A stretch of DNA of 64,000 nt from sequence record SRR2962707_940, one strand, 5' to 3'. The notes beneath the pieces are model-generated. The model searched no databases, was not told where the DNA came from, and saw nothing but the letters and a program-made list of their open reading frames with translations. Made by a program: the position numbers and the translations under genes. Within the stretch, counting starts at the first letter, position 1; the number at the start of each line of letters is the position of its first letter. This document shows, in pieces, positions 51,100 through 60,507 of this stretch.

Positions 51100-52524
51100 T
51101 TACTTCTTGGTGATCACGTAGTAGACGAGAGCGCCCAAGGCTGCGCCGATCACCCAAGAGAAGCCGGATAGGAAACCAAGCGCTGGCATCCAAACGGTTG
51201 CAATTGAGAAGATCGCAGGCAGGATGAAGGCGATAAGCGCTTTCTTGTTCCAGCCATTGTCGTAGTAATATGCGCCGTCTTCTGAGGCAGAGAACAATTG
51301 CTGCACATCCAATTTGCCATGCTTGATCATGTAATAATCAACAATCATGATGCCGTAGACCGGCGCCAAAATCGCACCCAGCGTGTTCACGAAGTTGAAG
51401 ATACCGATCTGGCTGATCGTTGAAACCCAAAGGCCACCAATGACAAGTGCAAAGCCAGACGTGATCAGACCTCCAACGCGGAAGTTGATTTTGCTCGGCA
51501 TTAGGTTTGCCAAATCATAGGCTGGTGGAATGAAGTTCGCCACGAGGTTGATACCAACGGTTGCGGCAAAGAACATGATAGCTGCGATCAATGTTAGAGG
51601 CAGAGAATCAACACGCGCGATAATATCGGTTGGGTTGGTAAGTGCCTCACCCCAGATGGCAACGGTTCCCGCTGTCACGATCAATGCGATCAGTGAGAAG
51701 AATGCGATGTTGAGCGGCAGGCCGGTAAAGTTGCCTTTTTTCATATCGCCTTGTGTTTTTACAAAACGTGAGAAGTCGCCATAATTGATCACCACGGCTG
51801 CAAAATAAGCAATCATCGTGCCGACAATAGCAAGGAATGCGGAGAATGATCCGCCGTCATAATTGCCTGTGCCTTTAAAGATCGTACCCATTTCAGACAT
51901 CAATCCACTGCCTGCTTTTACCCAGATGACAACCGCTAGGATGATCATGACGAGATAAACAAACGGTCCTGCAAAGTTCAGGAATTTGGTGATCCAGTCG
52001 ATACCGTTCCAGAAAAGCCAGATTTGGAACGCCCAGACAGCCAAGAACGAAATCCAATCAATGCCGCTCATGCCCAAGAACACGGGGGCACCATTACCGC
52101 CCATCAAAGAGCTTAGAAGCAACGCAACCGCTGTCGATGCGAAATAAGTCTGCGCTCCATACCAAAAAATCGCGACAATCGCGCGAACGATAGCAGGAAA
52201 GTTAGCGCCCTTGACGCCCATGCTGGCGCGCGCCATCACAGGAAATGGGATGCCATATTTTACGCTTGGCTCACCCATCAGATTGACGAGCCACATCACG
52301 AATAGACCGGCCAACATAATGGCCGCAAAAACAGTCCAGCCATTAAGGCCATAAGATAAGAACAAGGAAGCAGCGAGCGTGTATCCAAACAAGCTCTGCA
52401 CATCATTGGCCCAGACGTTGAATATTTCGAACCAGCCCCATGTTCGTTTTGATTTTGGTATTGGTGCCAAGTCTTCATTATATAGACTCGGATCTTGTTT
52501 TACGATGATTAGATCGTCGCTCAT
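51100..52524 (-). CDS. NCS1 family nucleobase:cation symporter
   Basis: LYNEDLAP...RTW, YGIPFPVMARASMG, WYGAQT, NYGDFSRF, NLVANF; about 12 TMs. Confidence 0.93.
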   Translation of the reverse strand: MSDDLIIVKQDPSLYNEDLAPIPKSKRTWGWFEIFNVWANDVQSLFGYTLAASLFLSYGLNGWTVFAAIMLAGLFVMWLVNLMGEPSVKYGIPFPVMARASMGVKGANFPAIVRAIVAIFWYGAQTYFASTAVALLLSSLMGGNGAPVFLGMSGIDWISFLAVWAFQIWLFWNGIDWITKFLNFAGPFVYLVMIILAVVIWVKAGSGLMSEMGTIFKGTGNYDGGSFSAFLAIVGTMIAYFAAVVINYGDFSRFVKTQGDMKKGNFTGLPLNIAFFSLIALIVTAGTVAIWGEALTNPTDIIARVDSLPLTLIAAIMFFAATVGINLVANFIPPAYDLANLMPSKINFRVGGLITSGFALVIGGLWVSTISQIGIFNFVNTLGAILAPVYGIMIVDYYMIKHGKLDVQQLFSASEDGAYYYDNGWNKKALIAFILPAIFSIATVWMPALGFLSGFSWVIGAALGALVYYVITKK

Positions 52525-52550
52525 TGTTGTCCCCTCTTGTTAAATGATGG

Positions 52551-52611
52551 TTGCACGATACTCTCCACTGAACTAAAATCGTGCATAACTCCGTGCAAAA
52601 TTCGAGCATAA
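52551..52611. promoter_or_regulatory. Phased repeat/operator array between NCS1 and the resolvase-like gene
   Basis: Inverted repeat TGCACGAT-N18-ATCGTGCA; direct repeats CGTGCATAA (52580), CGTGCAAAA (52592), CGAGCATAA (52603). Confidence 0.55.
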
Positions 52612-52657
52612 ATTTGTGGGATGTGTCAAGAAGATTCAACTGGGAGGGGATTTACTT

Positions 52658-53209
52658 GTGAAGATTGGCTACGCGCGCGTTTCGGCCAAATGGTATCAAA
52701 GTGAGATACAAGTCAGCGAACTTGAACGCCAAGGCTGCGATAAGATTTGGAAAGAGGCGAACCTTGAGGATGAACATCCAGACAAGGCTTTGAAGAGCTT
52801 TCTAAAACAAGTATCAAAAGGCGATACGGTGGTGGCGACACGGCTGACTTCTGTTGCCCATTCGCCTGCAGAATTGCTTCAGCTTATGGAAAAAATTCAT
52901 AAAAAAGGTGCATTTTTTCGCTCACTTGCAGAACCTTGGGCCGACACCAGCGTGCACGGTGGTGCGCGGGTGATTGATGCGATTCGCGGCATGATTGATT
53001 TTGAGATCGCGATTGCTGATGCTGAAAGCCGCGTTGAAGAAAACCGCCCACAGAGCTTTGGCTTGTCGCCCGGCAGACCGCAAAAGCTGAAGGAACAGCG
53101 GAGGATGCAAGCAATATCGCTCTTAAAGATTGGCAAATCAGCGGCAGAAATTAGCCGCGTGCTCGGCGTGAGCAGAAGCACGATTTCGCGGCTGCGCAAA
53201 AATATGTAA
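52658..53209 (+). CDS. Serine recombinase (resolvase/invertase) homologue with degenerate active site and intact HTH
   Basis: GTG 52658 after GGAGG; KIGYARVS, GDTVV, FRSL.E..DTS, GRP and a C-terminal HTH; the LDRL.RS motif is replaced by LTSVAHS. Confidence 0.85.
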   Translation: MKIGYARVSAKWYQSEIQVSELERQGCDKIWKEANLEDEHPDKALKSFLKQVSKGDTVVATRLTSVAHSPAELLQLMEKIHKKGAFFRSLAEPWADTSVHGGARVIDAIRGMIDFEIAIADAESRVEENRPQSFGLSPGRPQKLKEQRRMQAISLLKIGKSAAEISRVLGVSRSTISRLRKNM

Positions 53210-53213
53210 GCGC

Positions 53214-54098
53214 CTAGTTCAGCACAATGTCCAAGCCTATATCGAGCGTTGGGGCAGCCATAGTGATTTTGGATGTTGAAATATAATCAACGCCAGTTTC
53301 TGAGATCGCTTTGATGGTCGCAATATTCACATTGCCGGAGGCTTCAAGTTTGACCGCGCCGCCATTATCGGCCTGATTGATGGCAACGGCTTCGCGCAAT
53401 TGATCGTTGCTCATATTGTCGAGCAAAATAGCATCGGGCTTAGCGCTGAGCGCTTTGCGCATCTGATCGAGATTATCGACTTCAATTTCCACTTTGACCA
53501 TATGGCCGACATAGGCACGGGCATTTTCAACCGCCTCAGCCACGCCGCCAGAAACAGCGATATGGTTGTCTTTAATCAGGATTGCATCATCCAACCCATA
53601 GCGATGGTTGGAACCGCCGCCGCAGCGCACAGCATATTTTTCAAATGTGCGTAAGCCCGGAATGGTTTTGCGGGTGTCGCAGACTTTCGCCTCGGTATGC
53701 GCAATTTCTTTGGCAAATTCAGATGTATAGCTCGCAATACCGCACATATGCATGAGGAAGTTGAGTGCCACACGCTCTGCAGAAAGCAATGCACGGGCAT
53801 TGCCTCTAATACGGGCCAATTCATCACCGGGCTTTACGGCATCACCGTCTTTTACAAGCGCTTCAAAAACGATGTTTTCATCCATCAAACGAAACGCTGT
53901 TTCGGCGACCAGCAAGCCGCTCACATAACCTGCATCACGCGAGGCCATAACAGCGGTCGCAGTCGTATCAGGGGCAATCGTCGCATTGGTTGTGATGTCA
54001 CCAGCGCGGCCTAAATCTTCCAGCAAAGCGGCGCGGACAGCCTCTTCAACCATCAATTTTGGTAAGAATGGTGGCAACGCTTTGTTTGCGGCGGTCAT
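53214..54098 (-). CDS. nadC: Quinolinate phosphoribosyltransferase
   Basis: EDLG..GDIT, DTRKT.PGLR, NHRYGL, LIKDNH, EASG. Confidence 0.97.
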   Translation of the reverse strand: MTAANKALPPFLPKLMVEEAVRAALLEDLGRAGDITTNATIAPDTTATAVMASRDAGYVSGLLVAETAFRLMDENIVFEALVKDGDAVKPGDELARIRGNARALLSAERVALNFLMHMCGIASYTSEFAKEIAHTEAKVCDTRKTIPGLRTFEKYAVRCGGGSNHRYGLDDAILIKDNHIAVSGGVAEAVENARAYVGHMVKVEIEVDNLDQMRKALSAKPDAILLDNMSNDQLREAVAINQADNGGAVKLEASGNVNIATIKAISETGVDYISTSKITMAAPTLDIGLDIVLN

Positions 54099-54101
54099 GG
54101 C

Positions 54102-55652
54102 CTAGCCTCTCATTAATTGCGGTACAATCGCTTCTGCTTGCTCTAATGTCAGCAAAGTGCGGCGTTTCCATGCCGGATCTTCCATTGGAAAATCCGTGCG
54201 CGCATGGCCGCCGCGGCTTTCTTCACGGTTCAATGCACACACAGCAATCATTTTCGCGGTGGTGATCACATTGTCAAAACGCACGGAATGGCTTTCGCGC
54301 TGCAGCATTAATATCGCTTCCAGCGCATCGCGCATCCCTTCGCCGTCACGCAGTACGCCAAGGTTAGAGCTCATGACATGGCGCAAGGCAGTCATGTTTG
54401 GGTGATCGGTGTGCGCGAAATGCTCATCGGTTTCAACTGAACCTGCCTGCCAATTGGCCGGTGCATCAGGTAAATCCATCTCGCTGAGCGCATCGGCAAT
54501 ACGCGCAGAAAACACCACGGCTTCAAGCAGTGAGTTAGAGGCCAAACGGTTTGCGCCGTGTGCGCCTGTTGATGTGCATTCGCCGCAAGCCCAAAAACCT
54601 GGCAATGATGATTTGCCATCAATGTCAGTCCAAATGCCGCCCATAAAATAATGCGCTGCGGGCACAACTGGGATCATTTCTTTAGAAGGATCGATGCCTG
54701 CGTCTTGGCAATATTGATAAACGGTTGGAAACTCTTCGGCAAAATTCGGTACCGCTTCACGGCAATCCAAAAATGCGCCGCGCCCTGATTTTACTTCTGC
54801 AAAGATTGAACGAGCAACCACATCGCGCGGCGCCAATTCCAAATCCTTGTGCACGCCTTCCATAAAGCGCACGCCTGCCTTGTTAAACAGTTTAGCGCCA
54901 TGGCCGCGCAGTGCTTCGGTGGCCAGCGGCGCTGGGTCTTCACCCACATCAATCGCCGTTGGGTGAAACTGCACAAATTCCATATCAGCAAGGCGTGCCC
55001 CTGCCCGTGCGGCCATACCAATGCCGCCGCCGCGCGCTTCAATCGGGTTCGTTGTCACCTCATAGAGGTGGCCGATACCGCCGGTTGCCATAACCACATT
55101 TGAGCCATCAATGCGGATTAGCTCTTCGCCGCGCCCTGCATTATCACGGGCAATCACGCCGGTGACTTTGCCATCTTCAGACACGAGATCTTCAACCACA
55201 TAGCCTTCAAGCACGCGGATCGACGGTGTTTTTTCAACCGTTGCGACCAATGCCTGCATGATAGCGCGGCCTGCGCGGTCGCCTTTCACGCGCACAATCC
55301 GGCTTTCAGAATGAGCGGCTTCTCGGCTTGTGGCCAATTTGCCTTCCAAATCGCGGTCAAATGGCACGCCATATTCCAGCAAATCGTGAATACGGTCTGC
55401 GGCCTCTGTCGCCATCGCGGTAATCACGGCCTCATCGACAATGCCATCGCCCGCAACAATCGTGTCATGGACATGGCTTGCAATGGTGTCACCCTTGCCA
55501 ACAGCAGCAGCGATACCCGCTTGCGCCCATGCAGAAGAAGCGCCGCGTCCAATGGGCGCAGCGGCAAGAACGGTAACAGCTTTTGGGGCTAATTTTAACG
55601 CACAGAAAAGGCCAGCTAATCCGCCGCCAATAATAAGGATGGGTTTTGTCAC
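54102..55652 (-). CDS. nadB: L-aspartate oxidase
   Basis: [42 protein letters not shown]. Confidence 0.96.
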   Translation of the reverse strand: MTKPILIIGGGLAGLFCALKLAPKAVTVLAAAPIGRGASSAWAQAGIAAAVGKGDTIASHVHDTIVAGDGIVDEAVITAMATEAADRIHDLLEYGVPFDRDLEGKLATSREAAHSESRIVRVKGDRAGRAIMQALVATVEKTPSIRVLEGYVVEDLVSEDGKVTGVIARDNAGRGEELIRIDGSNVVMATGGIGHLYEVTTNPIEARGGGIGMAARAGARLADMEFVQFHPTAIDVGEDPAPLATEALRGHGAKLFNKAGVRFMEGVHKDLELAPRDVVARSIFAEVKSGRGAFLDCREAVPNFAEEFPTVYQYCQDAGIDPSKEMIPVVPAAHYFMGGIWTDIDGKSSLPGFWACGECTSTGAHGANRLASNSLLEAVVFSARIADALSEMDLPDAPANWQAGSVETDEHFAHTDHPNMTALRHVMSSNLGVLRDGEGMRDALEAILMLQRESHSVRFDNVITTAKMIAVCALNREESRGGHARTDFPMEDPAWKRRTLLTLEQAEAIVPQLMRG

Positions 55653-56719
55653 TGCTTTAAATTCACCATGCGATCAACCGCTTTACGTGCGCGGGCCGCC
55701 AGCGCTGGATCCACATGGATCTCTTCTTGCATTTCACACAATGCGTCCAAAATTTTCGGCAATGTGATGCGTTTCATATGTGGACAAAGATTACACGGCT
55801 TGATGAATTGAACTTCAGGCACTGAGCTTTCAATATTACCAGCCATAGAGCACTCGGTCACAAGCAACACTTTAGCTGGCTTATTATCGCGCACATAATT
55901 GATCATGCCTGAGGTCGAGCCGGTATAGTCTGACACGGCGACAACAGATGGCGGGCATTCTGGATGCGCGATGATCTGAATTTCTGGGTCCGCTTCCTTA
56001 TAGGCCAAAAGTTCTTCGGCGGTAAAACGCTCGTGAACTTCGCAGTGGCCTTTCCAAGTCAGGATTTTAACATTGGTTTGCGCAGCGACGTTTTGTGCCA
56101 AAAACTCGTCTGGAATACAAAACACCGTATCAACGCCGAAGCTTTCCACCACTTGGACAGCGTTTGAAGACGTGCAGCAAATATCGCTTTCGGCCTTCAC
56201 ATCAGCAGATGTGTTCACATAGGTAACAATAGGCACACCTGGATTTGCTTCGCGCAGCAAGCGCACATCTGCACCGGTGATTGATTCGGCCAGTGAACAG
56301 CCTGCTTTCATATCCGGAATAAGAACCGTCTTTTCTGGATTGAGCAGTTTTGACGTTTCTGCCATGAAATGCACACCGCATTGGACGATGATATCGGCGT
56401 CCACTTTTTCCGCTTCAATCGCCAATTGCAGGCTATCGCCCGCAATATCGGCCACGCAGTGGAAGATTTCTGGCGTCATGTAATTATGCGCAAGAATAAC
56501 AGCGTTACGCTGCTTTTTCATTTTATTGATCGCATAGACATAGGGCGCGTAGATCGGCCATTCGATCTTTGGAATGTGGTCTTTGACCTTCTCGTAAAGA
56601 TGCGCGGTTTCGCGCTCAACTTCTTCGTTCCACACCAATTCAGGGCGCGGTAAAACACCGTAGCGTTCAGCCGCTGTTTTTGGGCTGGTTGTATCTGTCG
56701 ATGTCGAAACTGAGGTCAT
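55649..56719 (-). CDS. nadA: Quinolinate synthase
   Basis: [41 protein letters not shown]; start ATG 56719 (SD GGAG). Confidence 0.96.
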   Translation of the reverse strand: MTSVSTSTDTTSPKTAAERYGVLPRPELVWNEEVERETAHLYEKVKDHIPKIEWPIYAPYVYAINKMKKQRNAVILAHNYMTPEIFHCVADIAGDSLQLAIEAEKVDADIIVQCGVHFMAETSKLLNPEKTVLIPDMKAGCSLAESITGADVRLLREANPGVPIVTYVNTSADVKAESDICCTSSNAVQVVESFGVDTVFCIPDEFLAQNVAAQTNVKILTWKGHCEVHERFTAEELLAYKEADPEIQIIAHPECPPSVVAVSDYTGSTSGMINYVRDNKPAKVLLVTECSMAGNIESSVPEVQFIKPCNLCPHMKRITLPKILDALCEMQEEIHVDPALAARARKAVDRMVNLKQ

Positions 56720-56891
56720 AACTCGCTCCATAAAAACTTGCGCAATGCGCCTTACACAATGACATAAACACTGCAATGAGCGCGTGCAAGCCACATGCCG
56801 CTAACAAATTAATTCAACGCTGCAATCAGAAAAATTCAATTGCTATTGCAAAAGCAAAAAGCCAAACTTTGCCAAAATGGAGAGAGGCTTC

Positions 56892-58118
56892 ATGCGCGCG
56901 CAAATTCAACCGGCAAAAGCCGACTATCCTTGGCTTATTTTGGCTGCCGGATGCGCCATTGCGGCGCTCACCTTCGGCCCGCGCTCGGCGATGGGCTTTT
57001 TCCAACTTCCCATGGTTTCAGACATGGGCTGGACGCGCAGCGATTTTGGCCTCGCGCTGGCTATTCAAAACCTCGCATGGGGCATTGGCCAACCATTTTT
57101 CGGCGCGATTGCCGACCGCTTTGGCACTTGGCGGGTCTTGGCAATGTCAGGCACAATTTATGCGCTTGGCCTGTTGATGATGGCGCTGCCGCAAAACCTT
57201 TGGTATTTGCACATTGGCGGCGGCGTATTGGTTGGCCTTGGCATCGCTTCTGGCTCATTTGGAATCATCTTATCGGCCTTCGCGCGTAATGTGACAGCTG
57301 AACAGCGCAGTTTTGCCTTTGGCCTTGGCACTGCGGCTGGCTCCGCGGGAATGTTTATATTTGCGCCCTATTCACAAGCGCTTATCAGCAATTTTGGCTG
57401 GTCAGATTCACTGCTGATTATGTCTGCGATGATGTTGCTCGTGCCGGTGCTTGCTATTCCGCTGCGCGGTAACGCCAATTCGGGCACCCAAAAGCAAACT
57501 GACGTTGAGCAATCAATTGGCGCGGCTTTGCGCGAAGCCTTTGGCCATCAGTCCTATTTGCTTCTGGCTTCGGGCTTTTTTGTGTGCGGATTTCAGGTGG
57601 CTTTTATCACCGCGCATTTTCCCGCCTATATCGCTGATATTGGCATTGATGCGACCTATGCAGTGCTAGCGTTAGCGCTAATTGGATTTTTCAATATTTT
57701 CGGCTCGCTGGCCTCAGGCGTCATCGGGCAGAAATATTCAAAACCTATTTTTCTAGCGCTTATCTATATTGGCCGTTCCATTGCCGTGACCGCCTTTATT
57801 CTGCTGCCGCAGTCAGGCATGTCGGTCGTTATTTTTGCGAGCGTCATGGGGCTTTTGTGGCTATCCACTGTGCCGCCGACCAATGCGCTGGTTGCGATTA
57901 TGTTTGGCACACGGCATTTGGGTTTGCTCGGCGGTATCGTGTTTCTTGCCCACCAGATCGGCTCATTTTTGGGCGTATGGCTGGGCGGTTATCTCTACGA
58001 TATTTACGGCTCTTATAATCCGGTTTGGTGGCTGGGTGTCGGCTTGGGTCTATTTGCCGCCATCATGCACTGGCCGATTAAGGAAAAAGCGGTCGTGCGC
58101 GCCGTGCCTGCAACTTAA
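56892..58118 (+). CDS. MFS transporter
   Basis: 12 TMs; GAIADRFG (motif A); FFVCGF and HQIGSFLG. Confidence 0.9.
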   Translation: MRAQIQPAKADYPWLILAAGCAIAALTFGPRSAMGFFQLPMVSDMGWTRSDFGLALAIQNLAWGIGQPFFGAIADRFGTWRVLAMSGTIYALGLLMMALPQNLWYLHIGGGVLVGLGIASGSFGIILSAFARNVTAEQRSFAFGLGTAAGSAGMFIFAPYSQALISNFGWSDSLLIMSAMMLLVPVLAIPLRGNANSGTQKQTDVEQSIGAALREAFGHQSYLLLASGFFVCGFQVAFITAHFPAYIADIGIDATYAVLALALIGFFNIFGSLASGVIGQKYSKPIFLALIYIGRSIAVTAFILLPQSGMSVVIFASVMGLLWLSTVPPTNALVAIMFGTRHLGLLGGIVFLAHQIGSFLGVWLGGYLYDIYGSYNPVWWLGVGLGLFAAIMHWPIKEKAVVRAVPAT

Positions 58119-58119
58119 G

Positions 58120-58845
58120 CTATTTTGAAGCTGCTGCAAAAAATGCGCTGCGCGTGATCGGCGCTTCCATGCCGCGCGCATGCCATATATCGCGGGCGAA
58201 GAAATGACCGGTCAAAATCACTGCATCTTTCAGCTCATCGGCAGAACATTCACGCGCAGACTTCATAGTCAAAAAGGACGGCAAAGGCAGCATTTTATCA
58301 GCCCATGGCGCACCGGCATCTGCGCTGACCGCCTGCCCGCTTTTAGGCGAAACATAGATTAGGTTTTCGCGCACGCCTGTGCCCGCGCAGCTGTTTAAAT
58401 CCAAACCAAAGCCAAGCTCTTCCAGCAGACGCAGTTCAAATTTAATCATCAAAGGACCGGCAAGCTGAGGCGTGGAAAGATGTTCAATCAACACTTCCAA
58501 AGCTGAAAACAGATTATTATGCGGATCGCGCTCCGGCAAAAGCCGCAAATGACTACCCAGCAATTGAATGCCATTGACGCCAATGGCGCTGTCCATAAGG
58601 CGCGATGCGGTCATGGCCAGCGGCTCAATTTGATAGGTGCCTAAATGCTCATCAATGCGCGCGCGCCACACCGCTTCAACGCGGTTGCCCGGCTGCAAAA
58701 AGGGCTGCATTTTGCGTGAACGGCCACCGCGCACGAGGCCCAAATGGCGGCCGTGATTGGGCGTCATCAATTCCACGATAAGACTGGTCTCACCGTGTTT
58801 GCGTGTGCCTATGATAATGCCTTCGTCACGCCACTCCATATTCAC
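58120..58845 (-). CDS. recO: DNA repair protein RecO
   Basis: MEWRDEGII..RKHGE, GRHLGLVRGG, LGFGLDL..CA, YVSPKSG; follows era. Confidence 0.94.
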   Translation of the reverse strand: MNMEWRDEGIIIGTRKHGETSLIVELMTPNHGRHLGLVRGGRSRKMQPFLQPGNRVEAVWRARIDEHLGTYQIEPLAMTASRLMDSAIGVNGIQLLGSHLRLLPERDPHNNLFSALEVLIEHLSTPQLAGPLMIKFELRLLEELGFGLDLNSCAGTGVRENLIYVSPKSGQAVSADAGAPWADKMLPLPSFLTMKSARECSADELKDAVILTGHFFARDIWHARGMEAPITRSAFFAAASK

Positions 58846-58871
58846 ATTTCACTGGTTTGCGTGTCTGTTGA

Positions 58872-59777
58872 TTAGTCGTGGAAGTCGAGGCCCATTTCGC
58901 GGTAACGCGCTGGGTCATCGCCCCAATTTTTACGCACTTTAACAAAAAGGAACAGATGCACGGTTTGCTCAACCAGTTCACCGATCTCTTTACGCGCCAA
59001 CATAGAAATTTTCTTAATCGCCTCGCCCTGATGGCCGATCACGATTTTCTTCTGGCTGTCACGCTCAACATAGATCGTTTGCTCGATGCGCACAGAACCG
59101 TTGGGGAGTTCTTCCCATTTTTCGGTCTCTACAGTTGTCGCATAAGGCAATTCCTCATGCAGGCGCTCATAGATTTTCTCGCGGGTAATTTCAGACGCAA
59201 GCATACGCATTGGCAAGTCTGAAACTTGATCTTCAGGATAGAACCAAGGGCCCTCTGGTAGCGCATCAGACAGGCCTTGCAACAAATCTTTGCAGCCTGA
59301 ACCATTAAGCGCTGAAACCATGAAGGTCTTGTCAAATGATATGCGTTTGTTGAGCGCAGTTGTCAGCGCCAACAGATCTGGCGGGTCCATCATATCAACT
59401 TTATTGAGGATCAACCATTTTGGCTGGCGGATCTCATCAAGCGCATTGAGCATGTTTTCTTCGTCGCTCAAAATGCCTTTGCGCGCATCAATCATCACAA
59501 GCACGATGTCTGCATCATGCGCCCCGCCCCATGCGGTTTTGACCATAGCGCGGTCGAGCCGGCGCTTGGGCTGGAAAATACCTGGCGTATCCATAAAGAC
59601 GATTTGTGTGCGATCATGCATAGCAACACCGCGGATCAATGTGCGCGTTGTCTGAACCTTATGCGAGACGATCGAAACCTTCGAGCCAACCAAGCGGTTG
59701 AGCAGTGTCGATTTGCCTGCATTGGGAGAACCAATAAAGGCGACAAAACCCGATTTGGTTGGTGTTTCTTCGTTCAT
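58872..59777 (-). CDS. era: GTPase Era
   Basis: GSPNAGKS, QTTR, DTPG, NKVD, KH domain. Confidence 0.97.
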   Translation of the reverse strand: MNEETPTKSGFVAFIGSPNAGKSTLLNRLVGSKVSIVSHKVQTTRTLIRGVAMHDRTQIVFMDTPGIFQPKRRLDRAMVKTAWGGAHDADIVLVMIDARKGILSDEENMLNALDEIRQPKWLILNKVDMMDPPDLLALTTALNKRISFDKTFMVSALNGSGCKDLLQGLSDALPEGPWFYPEDQVSDLPMRMLASEITREKIYERLHEELPYATTVETEKWEELPNGSVRIEQTIYVERDSQKKIVIGHQGEAIKKISMLARKEIGELVEQTVHLFLFVKVRKNWGDDPARYREMGLDFHD

Positions 59778-60505
59778 TTTGTGCTTTCTGACTTATCAGT
59801 CCAAACGCGCTCACGGCGCAAAATCTTTTCTGCAGCAGCTTGTTCTGCCAATCTTTTAGAGCGACCTTTGGCGCTTTCCGGCTTCAATTTGCCGACAGTC
59901 ACTTCAATCACGAATACGGGCTCATGGTCTGGCCCTTCGCGGGATACTTCCACATAATTCGGCATACCGCCGTGATATTTATGCGTCCATTCCTGCAATT
60001 CAGTCTTCGCGTCGCGCCGCGCAGCAGTAACATTGAGCGCGCGCTCAGCCCAGAACTTCTTAATAAAGGCACGCGCCGCGTCCAAACCATCGTCAAGATA
60101 GATCGTTGCAATCAACGCTTCAACCACATCGGCACGCATGTTCTTTTGGCGGTCAGACTGAACATCGCGCACATCGGCGCCAGCGCGGATAAACTCATGG
60201 ATATTAAGCTCATCGGCAACTTCAGCCAATGTGTCGGCGTTTACCAGAGCGTTGAGACGCACAGACAATTCGCCTTCATTGGCGACTAGAAACTTAGAAA
60301 ATAGCATTTCTGCAACGCAAAGGCCGAGTACACGGTCGCCTAGAAACTCAAGGCGCTCATAATCTTTGCCGGTGCGGTGCTTAGCGCTGGAATGCGTAAG
60401 CGCCCGATCGAGGCGCTCAAGGTCTTTAAACCGGTGCCCCGTCATAGCGACAAGCTTGGCGAGGCGTTCTGGTCTTACTGTTCCAATTGGTGCATCGGTC
60501 ACCAT
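59774..60505 (-). CDS. rnc: Ribonuclease III
   Basis: ERLEFLGD, ADVVEA, dsRBD. Confidence 0.97.
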   Translation of the reverse strand: MVTDAPIGTVRPERLAKLVAMTGHRFKDLERLDRALTHSSAKHRTGKDYERLEFLGDRVLGLCVAEMLFSKFLVANEGELSVRLNALVNADTLAEVADELNIHEFIRAGADVRDVQSDRQKNMRADVVEALIATIYLDDGLDAARAFIKKFWAERALNVTAARRDAKTELQEWTHKYHGGMPNYVEVSREGPDHEPVFVIEVTVGKLKPESAKGRSKRLAEQAAAEKILRRERVWTDKSESTK

Positions 60506-60507
60506 CG

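Noticed and set aside
52580-52600. Sigma54 promoter or NtrC site upstream of NCS1
   Set aside because: Lacks the -24 GG, the GC spacing is off, and the TGCAC/GTGCA spacing is not the NtrC N7.
52616-53209. Active transposon or invertible element around the resolvase-like gene
   Set aside because: No transposase, terminal inverted repeats, target duplication or paired inversion sites seen, and the catalytic motifs are degenerate.
56745-56795. Possible NadQ/NrtR operator upstream of nadA
   Set aside because: Only a partial GCTCA half-site; no convincing palindrome.
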